Part shown: one piece after another, positions 11,284 to 20,340 of the stretch
How the letters are laid out: every line of letters begins with the position of its first letter
How positions within the stretch are numbered: position 1 is the first letter of the stretch
Source of the DNA: an uncultured Gemmatimonadales bacterium
Lineage (GTDB): Bacteria; Gemmatimonadota; Gemmatimonadetes; Gemmatimonadales; GWC2-71-9
Direction of reading: 5' to 3'
Assembly (NCBI GenBank): GCA_963844035.1
Contig: CAWJMT010000003.1
Location: 341,509 to 405,508 of the forward strand
Length of the DNA: 64,000 nucleotides
Translations under genes and position numbers: made by a program
Notes under the pieces: generated by a model
Databases searched by the model: none
What the model was told of the DNA's origin: nothing
The model's input: only the letters and a program-made list of their open reading frames with translations

Positions 11284-12860
11284 GCGGGCACCCCGACCCC
11301 GCTGCCGTGGAGCACGACCCGTCCGCCAAACCCGAGGCCACTGTAGCTCAACCCTCGGAACGCTTCGACATCCTGGGCCATGCGCTCGAACGCGTCCGCG
11401 GCCGTGGCGAGATGCGGTCCCCGGCCCAGCGCGGCGAGAATCTCGCTCAGCACCCACCAGGCCGGCTGGGCCATGCCCGGGGCGGGCCTGGCCTGCCAAT
11501 AACGCTGCACCCGTCCGTCGCGATTGACGAACGTGCCCTCTTCTTCCGCCAAGTTCGCGATCGGCAGCACGAGATCCGCTCCGCGCACCGCCGCTCCCGC
11601 ATCGTCCGGCAGCACGGTGCCCAGATAGATGAGCGCGCCCGCCGGTCGCGCGGCAACCTGGGGATCGTCGAGCACGAGGGCGACCGCCGCGCGCTCGACG
11701 GCGGCGAGGGTGGCCGGATAGTCGCGGTTGTACCCCAGCAGCTCTGCGCCGCGCGCGTTGGGAACCCGTTCGGCGCGCAGCGCCAAATTCGGCACGCCGG
11801 CGAGCGGTGCCTCGTCACCCATCACGACCTGGAACGACCCGGTCCAGTCGAGGTCGGCAAACAACGCGCGGGCCAGGTACAGCGCCTCGGTCGACGCGCG
11901 CGGGGAAACGAGTCCGACCGCCGTCCCGCCGACGCCGCGCAGGATCTCGGCCGCCCGATCGATCGCCTCATCCCAGTCCACGGCGCGGTGCGTCCCGTCG
12001 GCGTGGCGCACCAGCGGCGCCTCAATGCGATCGCCGCGGTTCAGCCAGCGGTAGTTCGCGCGGCCGTGGTCACACATGAAGTAGCTGTTGACCGCCAGGT
12101 TGGGCCGCGGCCGGATGCGCACCACCACGTTGTCCCGGGTGTCGAGAGTGACATTGCACCCCTGCGAGCAGCCGCTGCAGACCGATGCGGTCTTGTCGAG
12201 CTCCCAGGCGCGCGCCTTGTGGAGGAAGTCCTTCGACAGGAGCGACCCCACGGGGCAGAGGTCCACCACATTCCCGGCCCAGGAGTGGTCGAGGCGGGCC
12301 TCGGGGTGAATGCCCACGTAGGCCCGGTCGCCTCGCTCGGAAATATTGAGGACCGGCTCCTGCACCACGTCTTCCATGAAGCGCACACAGCGCGTGCACA
12401 GGATGCAGCGATTGGGAACGTAGAGGACGTCGGGTCCGAAATCCTCCACCGGATTGAATCGCTTGGCGTACGTCGGGCTGAACCGGCTGGACGGCCGCCC
12501 CTCCTGGAACGTGAAGTCCTGCAGCTCGCACTCGCCGGCCTGGTCGCAGATGGGGCAGTCGAGGGGGTGATTGATCAGCAGCAGCTCGAGCACCCCCGTG
12601 CGGGCCGCCTTCGCCTGCGCGGACTGGGTATGCACGACCATCCCCTCGCTCACCTGCGTGGAACAGGCGATCTGCAGCTTGGGCGCCTTTTCGATCTCGA
12701 CGAGACACATGCGGCACACGCCCGCCACGGGGAGTCCCGGGTGGTAGCAATAGTGCGGCACGAGAACGCCGGTCTGCTTGGCGGCCTCGATGACGAGGGT
12801 GCCCTTGGGGACACTCACGGGAGTGCCATCGATGATCAGATTGATCAGCTCTTCAGGCAT
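11280..12860 (-). CDS. nuoG: NADH-quinone oxidoreductase subunit G, short form (526 aa)
   Basis: CYHPGLPVAGVCRMC (N1b), HPLDCPICDQAGEC (N5), CILCTRC (N4) and CSGCSQGC...C (N7). Confidence 0.93.
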   Translation of the reverse strand: MPEELINLIIDGTPVSVPKGTLVIEAAKQTGVLVPHYCYHPGLPVAGVCRMCLVEIEKAPKLQIACSTQVSEGMVVHTQSAQAKAARTGVLELLLINHPLDCPICDQAGECELQDFTFQEGRPSSRFSPTYAKRFNPVEDFGPDVLYVPNRCILCTRCVRFMEDVVQEPVLNISERGDRAYVGIHPEARLDHSWAGNVVDLCPVGSLLSKDFLHKARAWELDKTASVCSGCSQGCNVTLDTRDNVVVRIRPRPNLAVNSYFMCDHGRANYRWLNRGDRIEAPLVRHADGTHRAVDWDEAIDRAAEILRGVGGTAVGLVSPRASTEALYLARALFADLDWTGSFQVVMGDEAPLAGVPNLALRAERVPNARGAELLGYNRDYPATLAAVERAAVALVLDDPQVAARPAGALIYLGTVLPDDAGAAVRGADLVLPIANLAEEEGTFVNRDGRVQRYWQARPAPGMAQPAWWVLSEILAALGRGPHLATAADAFERMAQDVEAFRGLSYSGLGFGGRVVLHGSGVGVPA

Positions 12861-12863
12861 TAC

Positions 12864-12891
12864 CCTTCCCCCGTCCCCCTTCCCTCGTCCC
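12864..12891. repeat. Four tandem heptamers (C/T)C(G/T)TCCC, single arm, between nuoF and nuoG
   Basis: CCTTCCC CCGTCCC CCTTCCC TCGTCCC; shares 15 identical nt with the array inside icd. Confidence 0.6.
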
Positions 12892-12894
12892 GCC

Positions 12895-14175
12895 TCATGC
12901 GACCATCACCGGCTGTTTCCGCCCCGCGATGTAGTCCTCGAACTCGCTGCGGAATTTCTTGATCCCGCTGACGACCGGCGCGGCGCAGGAATCGGAGAGG
13001 ACGCAGATGGTTTTGCCCGTCATGTTGTCCGACAGCTCCAGCAGGAGGTCGAGGTCTTCCGTCTTCCCCTGCCCCGCCAGCATGCGCTCGAGGATCTTCA
13101 CCGTCCACGCGGTGCCCTCGCGGCATTGCGTACACTGGGCGCAGGACTCGTGCGCGTAGAACCGGGCGAAGCGCATGATTTCGTAGACCATGTCGGCCGT
13201 GTCGTCGAATACGATCACGCCGCCCGACCCGAGCATCGTGCCCTTCTCGACGCAGCCCTCGTAGTCGAGCAGGCAGCTCTCCGTCTCGTCGCGATTGAGA
13301 ATCGGCACCGACGATCCGCCCGGGATGCAGGCCTTGAGGGTCCGCCCCGGACGCACCCCGCCGCTCAGCTCGTGCACCAGATCCTTGAGCGGGAACCCCA
13401 TCGTGACTTCGTAGTTGCCCGGCTGCCGCACGTGCCCGCACACCGAGAACAGCTTGGTCCCGGTGCTCTTCGGATTGGAGAGGCTCATCGCCTTGTACCA
13501 GTCCGCGCCGCGCTTCAGGATCGGCGGGACGGCGGCGAGCGTCTCGACGTTGTTGATCGTCGTCGGCATGCCGAACACGCCGACCGCCGCCGGGAACGGC
13601 GGCTTGATCCGCGGGTTGCCGCGCTTGCCTTCGAGCGAGTTCATCAGGGCGGTTTCCTCGCCGCAGATGTAGGCGCCCGCACCGCGGTGCAGATGGACCT
13701 TCTGCTTTCCGAGCACTCCGGCCGCCTCGGCCTCTGCCAACGCCTGGGCCATTACCGCCAGCGGCTCGGTGAACTCGCCGCGGATGTAGATGTACCCGAC
13801 CTCGGCTTGGATCGCATGCATCGCGATCAAGGTGCCCTCGAGCAGCGCGTGCGGCGTCCAGCGCATGATCTCGCGGTCCTTGAAAGTGCCCGGCTCCGAC
13901 TCGTCGGCGTTCACGCAGAGGTAGTGGGCCTTCTTTTTTTCCTTGGGCATGAAGGACCATTTGACGCCCGTTGGAAACCCCGCTCCGCCGCGACCGCGCA
14001 GCCCCGAGTTCTTCACTTCCTCCACCACCCCCGCCGGTGGCAGGGCGCGCGCGCGCTCCAGCGCCTGGTAGCCGCCGCGCTTCACCCACCCTTTGTAGGT
14101 GCGCGCCTCGGCGTCGCCGAAATACTGCGACAGCACGACTGTCTCGCGGGGATGCGGCTTGTGCGGATAACCCAT
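12895..14175 (-). CDS. nuoF: NADH-quinone oxidoreductase subunit F
   Basis: GLRGRGGAGFPTG, NADESEPGTFKDR, GAGAYICGEETAL and ESCAQCTQCREG. Confidence 0.97.
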   Translation of the reverse strand: MGYPHKPHPRETVVLSQYFGDAEARTYKGWVKRGGYQALERARALPPAGVVEEVKNSGLRGRGGAGFPTGVKWSFMPKEKKKAHYLCVNADESEPGTFKDREIMRWTPHALLEGTLIAMHAIQAEVGYIYIRGEFTEPLAVMAQALAEAEAAGVLGKQKVHLHRGAGAYICGEETALMNSLEGKRGNPRIKPPFPAAVGVFGMPTTINNVETLAAVPPILKRGADWYKAMSLSNPKSTGTKLFSVCGHVRQPGNYEVTMGFPLKDLVHELSGGVRPGRTLKACIPGGSSVPILNRDETESCLLDYEGCVEKGTMLGSGGVIVFDDTADMVYEIMRFARFYAHESCAQCTQCREGTAWTVKILERMLAGQGKTEDLDLLLELSDNMTGKTICVLSDSCAAPVVSGIKKFRSEFEDYIAGRKQPVMVA

Positions 14176-14177
14176 GG

Positions 14178-14690
14178 CTATCGGTACTGCTTCACGAGGT
14201 CCGGAACACGCTCCGGCGTCACGCTTTCGATAAAGTCATCGTTCACGAGCACCGGCGTGGCGAAGCCGCATGCGCCCAGGCACTCGACCTCGATGATGGT
14301 CCACCTTCCGTCGGGGCTCGTCGCCCCGAGCTCCTTGGCCCCCGTGTGCTCGAGCAACGCCTTCACCACGTCCGCCGAGCCGCAGAGGTGGCACGGGGAC
14401 GTCGTGCACACCTGGACGAAATTCGTGCCCACCGGGTGCTGGTGGTACATCGTGTAGAACGTCACCACGCCGCGGACATACGCCGGCGTGATGCCCAGAA
14501 CCTCGCCGACTTCGGCCATGTCGCGATCCGAGATCCAGCCGCGCGCTTCCTGCACCAGCCACAAAGCCGGGAGCAGCGCCGCCTGCTTCGTGGGATAGCG
14601 CGGGAGGATTTCCTGCAGGCGCTCGAGTACCTCACCGGTAAAGACCGGAGCGGACACCTCTGCGGCGTCGTGCAGCGCCGTCTCGCTCAT
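14178..14690 (-). CDS. nuoE: NADH-quinone oxidoreductase subunit E
   Basis: VTFYTMY, CTTSPCHLCG and ECLGACG; ATG 14690 overlaps the nuoD stop. Confidence 0.95.
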   Translation of the reverse strand: MSETALHDAAEVSAPVFTGEVLERLQEILPRYPTKQAALLPALWLVQEARGWISDRDMAEVGEVLGITPAYVRGVVTFYTMYHQHPVGTNFVQVCTTSPCHLCGSADVVKALLEHTGAKELGATSPDGRWTIIEVECLGACGFATPVLVNDDFIESVTPERVPDLVKQYR

Positions 14691-15985
14691 CGATCCACCT
14701 CGCCCATCACAATGTCCACCGACGCGTTGATCGCGATCAGGTCCGACAGCAGGTGTCCTTCCGCCATCTTCGCGAGCGAGGACAGGTTGATGAACGAGGG
14801 CGGACGGATGCGCCAGCGCACCGGCTTGGCGGTGCCGTCCGAGACGAAGTAGTTCCCGAGCTCGCCTTTCGGGTTCTCGATCCCCACGTACGCCTCGCCG
14901 AGCGGCGCCTTCACACCTTCCATCACCTGCTTGAAGTGATAGATCATGGCCTCCATGTCGCTCATGGCGCGCGACTTGGCGGGCAGGATCACGCGGGGAT
15001 CGTCCACGTTGATGGGACCGTCGGGAAGGCGGTCGAGTGCCTGCGCCAGGATGCGGGTGGACTGACGGCACTCCTCGAGACGCACGAGGTAGCGGTCGTA
15101 CACGTCGCCGTGCTCGCCCACCGGGACGTCAAACTCGTACGTCTCGTAGCCGAGGTAGGGCTTGTCGCGGCGCACGTCGTAGGCCACGCCGCTGGCACGG
15201 AGCATCGGTCCCGAGAGCGAGTGGTTGATCGCCTCGGCGGCGGTCATCACGCCGACCCCCTGCGTTCGCCCCGCCCAGATCGCGTTGCGCGTGAGCACCT
15301 TGTCGATCTCATCGAGCGTCGCGGGGAATGTGGCGACGAAGTCGCGTAAGCCGTCCGTGAATCCGGTGGGGATGTCGGCCATGAGACCGCCCACCCGCGT
15401 GAGACTGGTGGTGAGCCGCGCGCCGGTCCACATCTCCTGGAGGTTGTAAACGCGCTCGCGCTGCTGGAAGGCCCACAAAAACGGCGTGAAGGCGCCCAGG
15501 TCGATCGAGGTGGTGCCGAGCCACACGAGATGGGAAATGACGCGGCTCAGCTCGCACGCGATGACGCGCAGCACCGTGCAGCGCGGGGTGATCTCGATCC
15601 CCATCAGCCGCTCGGCGGCGAGCGCCACACCCACATTGTTCGCCATCGGCGACAGATAGTCGGTGCGGTCGGTGAGCGGGATGATCTGGTTGTAGTGGCG
15701 GTACTCGCCAAGCTTCTCGAAGCCCGAATGCAGGTACCCGACGTGCGGGATGACGCGCACCACCGTTTCCCCGTCGAGCACCACCACCAGCCGCAGCACG
15801 CCGTGCGTCGCAGGATGCTGCGGGCCGATGTTGATGAGCATCTGCTCGCCACCCAGCCCGGGCTCGGCAGCCCGCTCCGCGGGTGCGCTCACGGGTTCGG
15901 CCACGCCCAACGGGATGCGGGCCGGCCGGCCCAGGGCATCGTGTCCGGGGGTCGCGAGCTCGAGCTCGACGGTCCGCTTGCTCAT
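14687..15985 (-). CDS. nuoD: NADH-quinone oxidoreductase subunit D
   Basis: IGPQHPATHGVLRL, ENPKGELG and DIVMGEVDR. Confidence 0.97.
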   Translation of the reverse strand: MSKRTVELELATPGHDALGRPARIPLGVAEPVSAPAERAAEPGLGGEQMLINIGPQHPATHGVLRLVVVLDGETVVRVIPHVGYLHSGFEKLGEYRHYNQIIPLTDRTDYLSPMANNVGVALAAERLMGIEITPRCTVLRVIACELSRVISHLVWLGTTSIDLGAFTPFLWAFQQRERVYNLQEMWTGARLTTSLTRVGGLMADIPTGFTDGLRDFVATFPATLDEIDKVLTRNAIWAGRTQGVGVMTAAEAINHSLSGPMLRASGVAYDVRRDKPYLGYETYEFDVPVGEHGDVYDRYLVRLEECRQSTRILAQALDRLPDGPINVDDPRVILPAKSRAMSDMEAMIYHFKQVMEGVKAPLGEAYVGIENPKGELGNYFVSDGTAKPVRWRIRPPSFINLSSLAKMAEGHLLSDLIAINASVDIVMGEVDR

Positions 15986-16602
15986 TCGGAGAAGGGCAGC
16001 TTGCCGCGCTCGCCCTTGCGGAGGCGTTCTTTCATGTCCGGCGGGAGCTCCTGGTACGCTTCGGCGAGCGACAGCTCTTCCATCGAGTAGTGTGCTTCAG
16101 GATTGGCCGCGAGCGCCTGGCGCACCTGCTCGGCGCGGCTGAACCGTCCCCGCAGCGGGAAGTCTTTGCGGAGCGGATGACCCTCGGCGTACGTCTCCCA
16201 CATCAGGATGCGCCGCAGGTCGGGGTGGCCGCGAAATGTGATCCCGAACATGTCGAACACTTCCCGCTCCAGCCAATTGGCGCCGTTCCAGAGCGGCACG
16301 ACGGAATCGACGGCCAGGGGTTCCGCGGGATCGAGCTCCACCTTGACGCGCAGATCGACCCGGCGCTCGAGCGCGCGGAGAAAATACACGACCTCGAGCG
16401 GCCGACCGCCGTCGCGGTATTCGACGGCTGTCACGTCCACGAGGTAGTCGTAGCGCTGTCCGGGGGTGTCGCGGAGCCACTGCATCACATCGCGCAGCCG
16501 CTCCCCGTGGACATACACCACCGTCTCACCGTCGCGCGCAACCACTGCGCGGCCGATGGCGGTGCCGAAGGTCGCTCGCAGGGCGTCGACGCTGGGGTTC
16601 AC
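15982..16602 (-). CDS. nuoC: NADH-quinone oxidoreductase subunit C
   Basis: [14 protein letters not shown]...GHPDLRRIL...[10 protein letters not shown]. Confidence 0.97.
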   Translation of the reverse strand: MNPSVDALRATFGTAIGRAVVARDGETVVYVHGERLRDVMQWLRDTPGQRYDYLVDVTAVEYRDGGRPLEVVYFLRALERRVDLRVKVELDPAEPLAVDSVVPLWNGANWLEREVFDMFGITFRGHPDLRRILMWETYAEGHPLRKDFPLRGRFSRAEQVRQALAANPEAHYSMEELSLAEAYQELPPDMKERLRKGERGKLPFSE

Positions 16603-17204
16603 GCCGACCGGAACTGGTGAACCGAGTTCCCGAAGGGCTCCGAGATCTCGTCGATCTGCTCGGGGGGCAGCCGCAGGCCCTTCTCGTCGAGCGGGTGCTC
16701 GTCGCGCAGCCCGCGGTCGAGCAATGACTCGCCCTTGATCTTCTTATGGAGGAGCAGAATGCCGTACAACAGCCCCTCGGGCCGGGGCGGGCAGCCGGGT
16801 ACGTAGACGTCGACGGGGACGATCGTGTCGATTCCCTGGACCATGGCGTAGTTGTCGAAGATGCCGCCCGTCGAAGCGCAGGCACCCATGGAGATCACCC
16901 ATTTTGGCTGGGGCATCTGGTCGTACACGCGCCGGATGACGGGGGCGAGCTTGAATGGCAGCCGGCCGGCGCAGATCAGGACGTCGGCCTGGCGCGGGCT
17001 GAACGCCTGGCGTTCCATGCCGAACCGCGCAAAATCGAACCGGCTCGCCGCCGTGGCCATGAACTCGATCGCGCAGCACGCGGTGCCGAACGGCATCGGC
17101 CACAACGAGTTCGCACGCGACCAGTTCACGAGATCGTCGAGGCGGGCCAGCATCCAGTTGGGGCTCTGCCCGTCGATTTCCTTGGACTCCATTACATGTT
17201 TCAT
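16599..17204 (-). CDS. nuoB: NADH-quinone oxidoreductase subunit B
   Basis: [17 protein letters not shown] and VPGCPPRPE. Confidence 0.97.
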   Translation of the reverse strand: MKHVMESKEIDGQSPNWMLARLDDLVNWSRANSLWPMPFGTACCAIEFMATAASRFDFARFGMERQAFSPRQADVLICAGRLPFKLAPVIRRVYDQMPQPKWVISMGACASTGGIFDNYAMVQGIDTIVPVDVYVPGCPPRPEGLLYGILLLHKKIKGESLLDRGLRDEHPLDEKGLRLPPEQIDEISEPFGNSVHQFRSA

Positions 17205-17251
17205 CGTGTTACCTCGTCGCGCGATTCCCGGTGACGGGCCGGCTCACGCGC

Positions 17252-17644
17252 TCAGTCCCATTGAAAAGCGCCCCGCTTCCAGACGTAGATGTACCCCACG
17301 AACAGGATCACGAGAAACACCAGCATCTCGACCAGCAGAAACCCCATTCCTGGCCCTCCCCCGCCCGCCGCCGCCGCGTCGCCGCTCCCGAAGTAGATCA
17401 CGCCCCACGGAATGAGAAATACCGTCTCGATGTCGAACACGATGAACAGCATCGCGACGAGGTAATACTTGACCGAAAACCGCTCGTGGGCATCGCCGAG
17501 CGGCGGCATGCCGCTCTCGTACGGCGCCAACTTGGTCGGAGTGGGCCGCCGCGGGGCGGCGAAATGCGAGAGCCCAATCAAGAGGGCGGCGTTCGCCACG
17601 ACGAACACCAGCAGCAACAGGAAGGAAACGTAGGGTTGGTGCAT
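17252..17644 (-). CDS. nuoA: NADH-quinone oxidoreductase subunit A
   Basis: PYESG, FSVKYYLVAMLFIVFDIETVF and WKRGAFQW. Confidence 0.96.
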   Translation of the reverse strand: MHQPYVSFLLLLVFVVANAALLIGLSHFAAPRRPTPTKLAPYESGMPPLGDAHERFSVKYYLVAMLFIVFDIETVFLIPWGVIYFGSGDAAAAGGGGPGMGFLLVEMLVFLVILFVGYIYVWKRGAFQWD

Positions 17645-17659
17645 GGGTTCGAGCCGGGA

Positions 17660-17688
17660 AAAGTCGCTCGTTCCCGGGACCTTGTCAA
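17660..17688 (-). promoter_or_regulatory. Candidate sigma70 promoter of the nuo operon
   Basis: Perfect TTGACA (17688-17683), 17-nt spacer, weak -10 GACTTT. Confidence 0.45.
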
Positions 17689-17737
17689 CCGAAATGGAGT
17701 GGCGTAAGTGTCGGTAGCGCCGATATATTGCCCGCCC

Positions 17738-18298
17738 ATGTCCATCAAGTCCGACCGCTGGATTCGCCGCCTCGCGCGCGAGCACCGCATGATCGATCCG
17801 TTCGCGGACAGCCAGGTCCGCGAGGGGGTGATTTCGTACGGCGTGTCGTCCTACGGCTACGACATGCGGGTGGCCCCCGAGTTCAAGATCTTCACAAACG
17901 TGCTCTCGGCGGTGGTGGACCCCAAGCAGTTCGACTCCCGGTCCTTCGTCGAGTTCAGCGGCCCGGTATGCATCGTCCCTCCTAACTCATTCGCGCTCGC
18001 CCGCTCGGTCGAGTACTTCCGCATTCCCCGCAACGTGCTGACGGTATGCGTGGGGAAGAGCACCTATGCGCGCTGCGGGATCATCACCAACGTCACGCCG
18101 CTCGAGCCCGAGTGGGAAGGGTTCGTGACGCTCGAGATCTCGAACACCACTCCCCTGCCCGCCAAGATCTACGCCAACGAAGGCATTGCGCAGGTGTTGT
18201 TCTTCACGGCGGACGAGGGGGACGAGTGCGAGCAGAGCTACGCGGACAAGAAGGGTAAGTACCAGGCCCAGACGGGGATCACGCTTCCAAAGCTTTAG
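17738..18298 (+). CDS. dcd: dCTP deaminase
   Basis: [28 protein letters not shown] and [14 protein letters not shown] lies 8 nt before the ATG. Confidence 0.96.
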   Translation: MSIKSDRWIRRLAREHRMIDPFADSQVREGVISYGVSSYGYDMRVAPEFKIFTNVLSAVVDPKQFDSRSFVEFSGPVCIVPPNSFALARSVEYFRIPRNVLTVCVGKSTYARCGIITNVTPLEPEWEGFVTLEISNTTPLPAKIYANEGIAQVLFFTADEGDECEQSYADKKGKYQAQTGITLPKL

Positions 18299-19863
18299 CC
18301 AAGAGATCCAATCCCCGGAGTCGCAGGGCGGGCCGGCCCAGCCTGCGCAGAGCAAGCAGGTCTCCCTCCGCCTGCGCCGCTTCCAACGCCCCGAACGTGA
18401 ACGGCTTGCCGGGGATCGCGATGTCCTGCGGCGCGCGCTCGGTGATCTGAAGAAAATGCCCGATCGGTGGCCCACCCTTGTGCAGTTGTCCCGTGGAGTG
18501 CAGGAAGCGCGGGCCATACCCGACCGTCGTCGCCACCGTCAGCCGGTCCCGCAGCCGGCGCCGGAGGCGCTCGAGGCGACGATCGTACGCGGGCGTCGGG
18601 GGAACGTACGCCATGAGGGCGAGGTAGTCCCCCGGCTTGACGCCCGCGAAAAATCGGTCGAGATCGGCGCCGCTCGCGGCCGGCGACGATGCCGCGCGCC
18701 GCTCGAGCACCGCGCTCGTGTTGGCTTTACTCTCGGCCACGTTCGGCTGATCGAAGGCGTTGACCCCGAGCAGCGCGCTCGCCACGGCTGTGGCCAACTC
18801 CCACTGGAAGAACGCGCCGCCCAGGTCGTAGCGATCCGCCAACGCGACGCGCACCACGGGGTGCCCGGCGGCCTCCAGCGCTGCGAGGCGTGATGCGGTC
18901 TTCGGGTCCGCATCGCCGGCGAGCGCTACCGAAACGAACAGCCGATCCTGGCCGTAAGCCGCCGGCGCGCCCAATGGTTCGTCCACCACCGGTACGATGC
19001 CCTTTCCCTGTTTGCCGGTGCTCTCGGCTATCAGCTGTTCGACCCACAGGCCGAAGCTCGCGACGCCCGCCGAAAGCACAAACGTGACCTTGTCGCGACC
19101 AGCGAGGGCGGCCTCACCGAGCGCCGCACCCAGGCGGGCGGCCGGGTTCGCCTCCGCGGCAACACCAGGCCCGCAGGCCAGCGCCATATTGCGCGCTCGC
19201 TCGAGCAGCCGCGCGACGTCGATGCCGAGCAGGGCCGCGGGCACCAACCCAAAGTAGGAGAGCACCGAGTAGCGGCCGCCGATCTCGGGATCGGGTTGAG
19301 AAAGTGGCGCCGGAATCCACGCTCGACGGCCAGTGTGGCGAGCGGCGTGCCGGGATCGGTGATCGCCACGAATTGCGCACCGCGCCCGCCGGCGCGGGAC
19401 CAGGCGTGCCGGAGGAGGCAGTCCGCTTCGAGTGTTGTCCCGGATTTGCTGGATATCAGGAACAGCGTCTGCTGCAGGTCACCGTCGCGCATCGCGCCGC
19501 CGACGGCTCTGGGGTCGGTGCTGTCCAGCACGCTCGAGCGACGGGGTAGCCGGCGGTGGCGCCGAACGTGCGGCGCAGGACCTCGGGCGCCAGGCTCGAG
19601 CCGCCCATGCCGCACAACACGACCCGCGTGAAATGCGCTCGCACGTCGTCCGCGAACGCCGCCAGGGCGGCGGTCTCTCCGGCCATCGTGTCCGCGACAC
19701 GCAGCCAGCCGAGCCGATCGGTGATCTCGGGGGTCCGGGCGTCGCCGTTCCAGACCGTGGGGTCGTGCGCCCAGATCCGCGCGATCATACGCGCGCGGCC
19801 CAGGTCCGCGAGCCGCCGATCCAGGCCCTCGTCCAACGCGCGCTGCGGCTCCGGACTGGTCAG
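18279..19863 (-). CDS. pgi: Glucose-6-phosphate isomerase (type found in Tal-Pgi fusions), indels near 19290 and 19540
   Basis: [52 protein letters not shown] and [15 protein letters not shown], spread over three frames. Confidence 0.88.
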
Positions 19864-20283
19864 ACGGGGCTGCGCGGCGCCATGCCGTACAGCGTGACCA
19901 GCACGGTCGCGCCGACGAGAATGGCGATGTCGGGAAGCCAGCCCAGCTCGGTCGTGTGGCACCGCCATCTGAACGAAATACATCGCGAAATCGAACAGTC
20001 CCAGGAGCAGGCCCAGCAACACGCGTGCCTCTGCAACCCGCGGCCGTAGTGCGCCAGCACGCTTCCGGTGAGGAGCGCGACCGCGCCCTGGCCCGCGGCG
20101 ATGGCCAGCGCGGTGATCGCGTCGCCGAACAGCACGCGGAGCAGCCCGGACCGGCCCGGGGCGTAGCTGAACCACGCAGGTGTGGATGAGCGCGAGCAGG
20201 AGCCCCGCGGCGGCGGTGCAGACGATCGCCCACGCGGCGTAGTAGATGACGATCTTCATCCGGTTGCTTGCTTCGGTTGCCAT
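19860..20283 (-). CDS. Small hypothetical membrane protein with about 4 TM helices, several indels
   Basis: Hydrophobic segments joined from ORFs 19456..20316 and 19860..20135. Confidence 0.55.
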
Positions 20284-20340
20284 CCCCGACCTCCGCTCAA
20301 ACGAATCACTCGCCAACGTGTCGCGGCGCGACGCTGCTCA

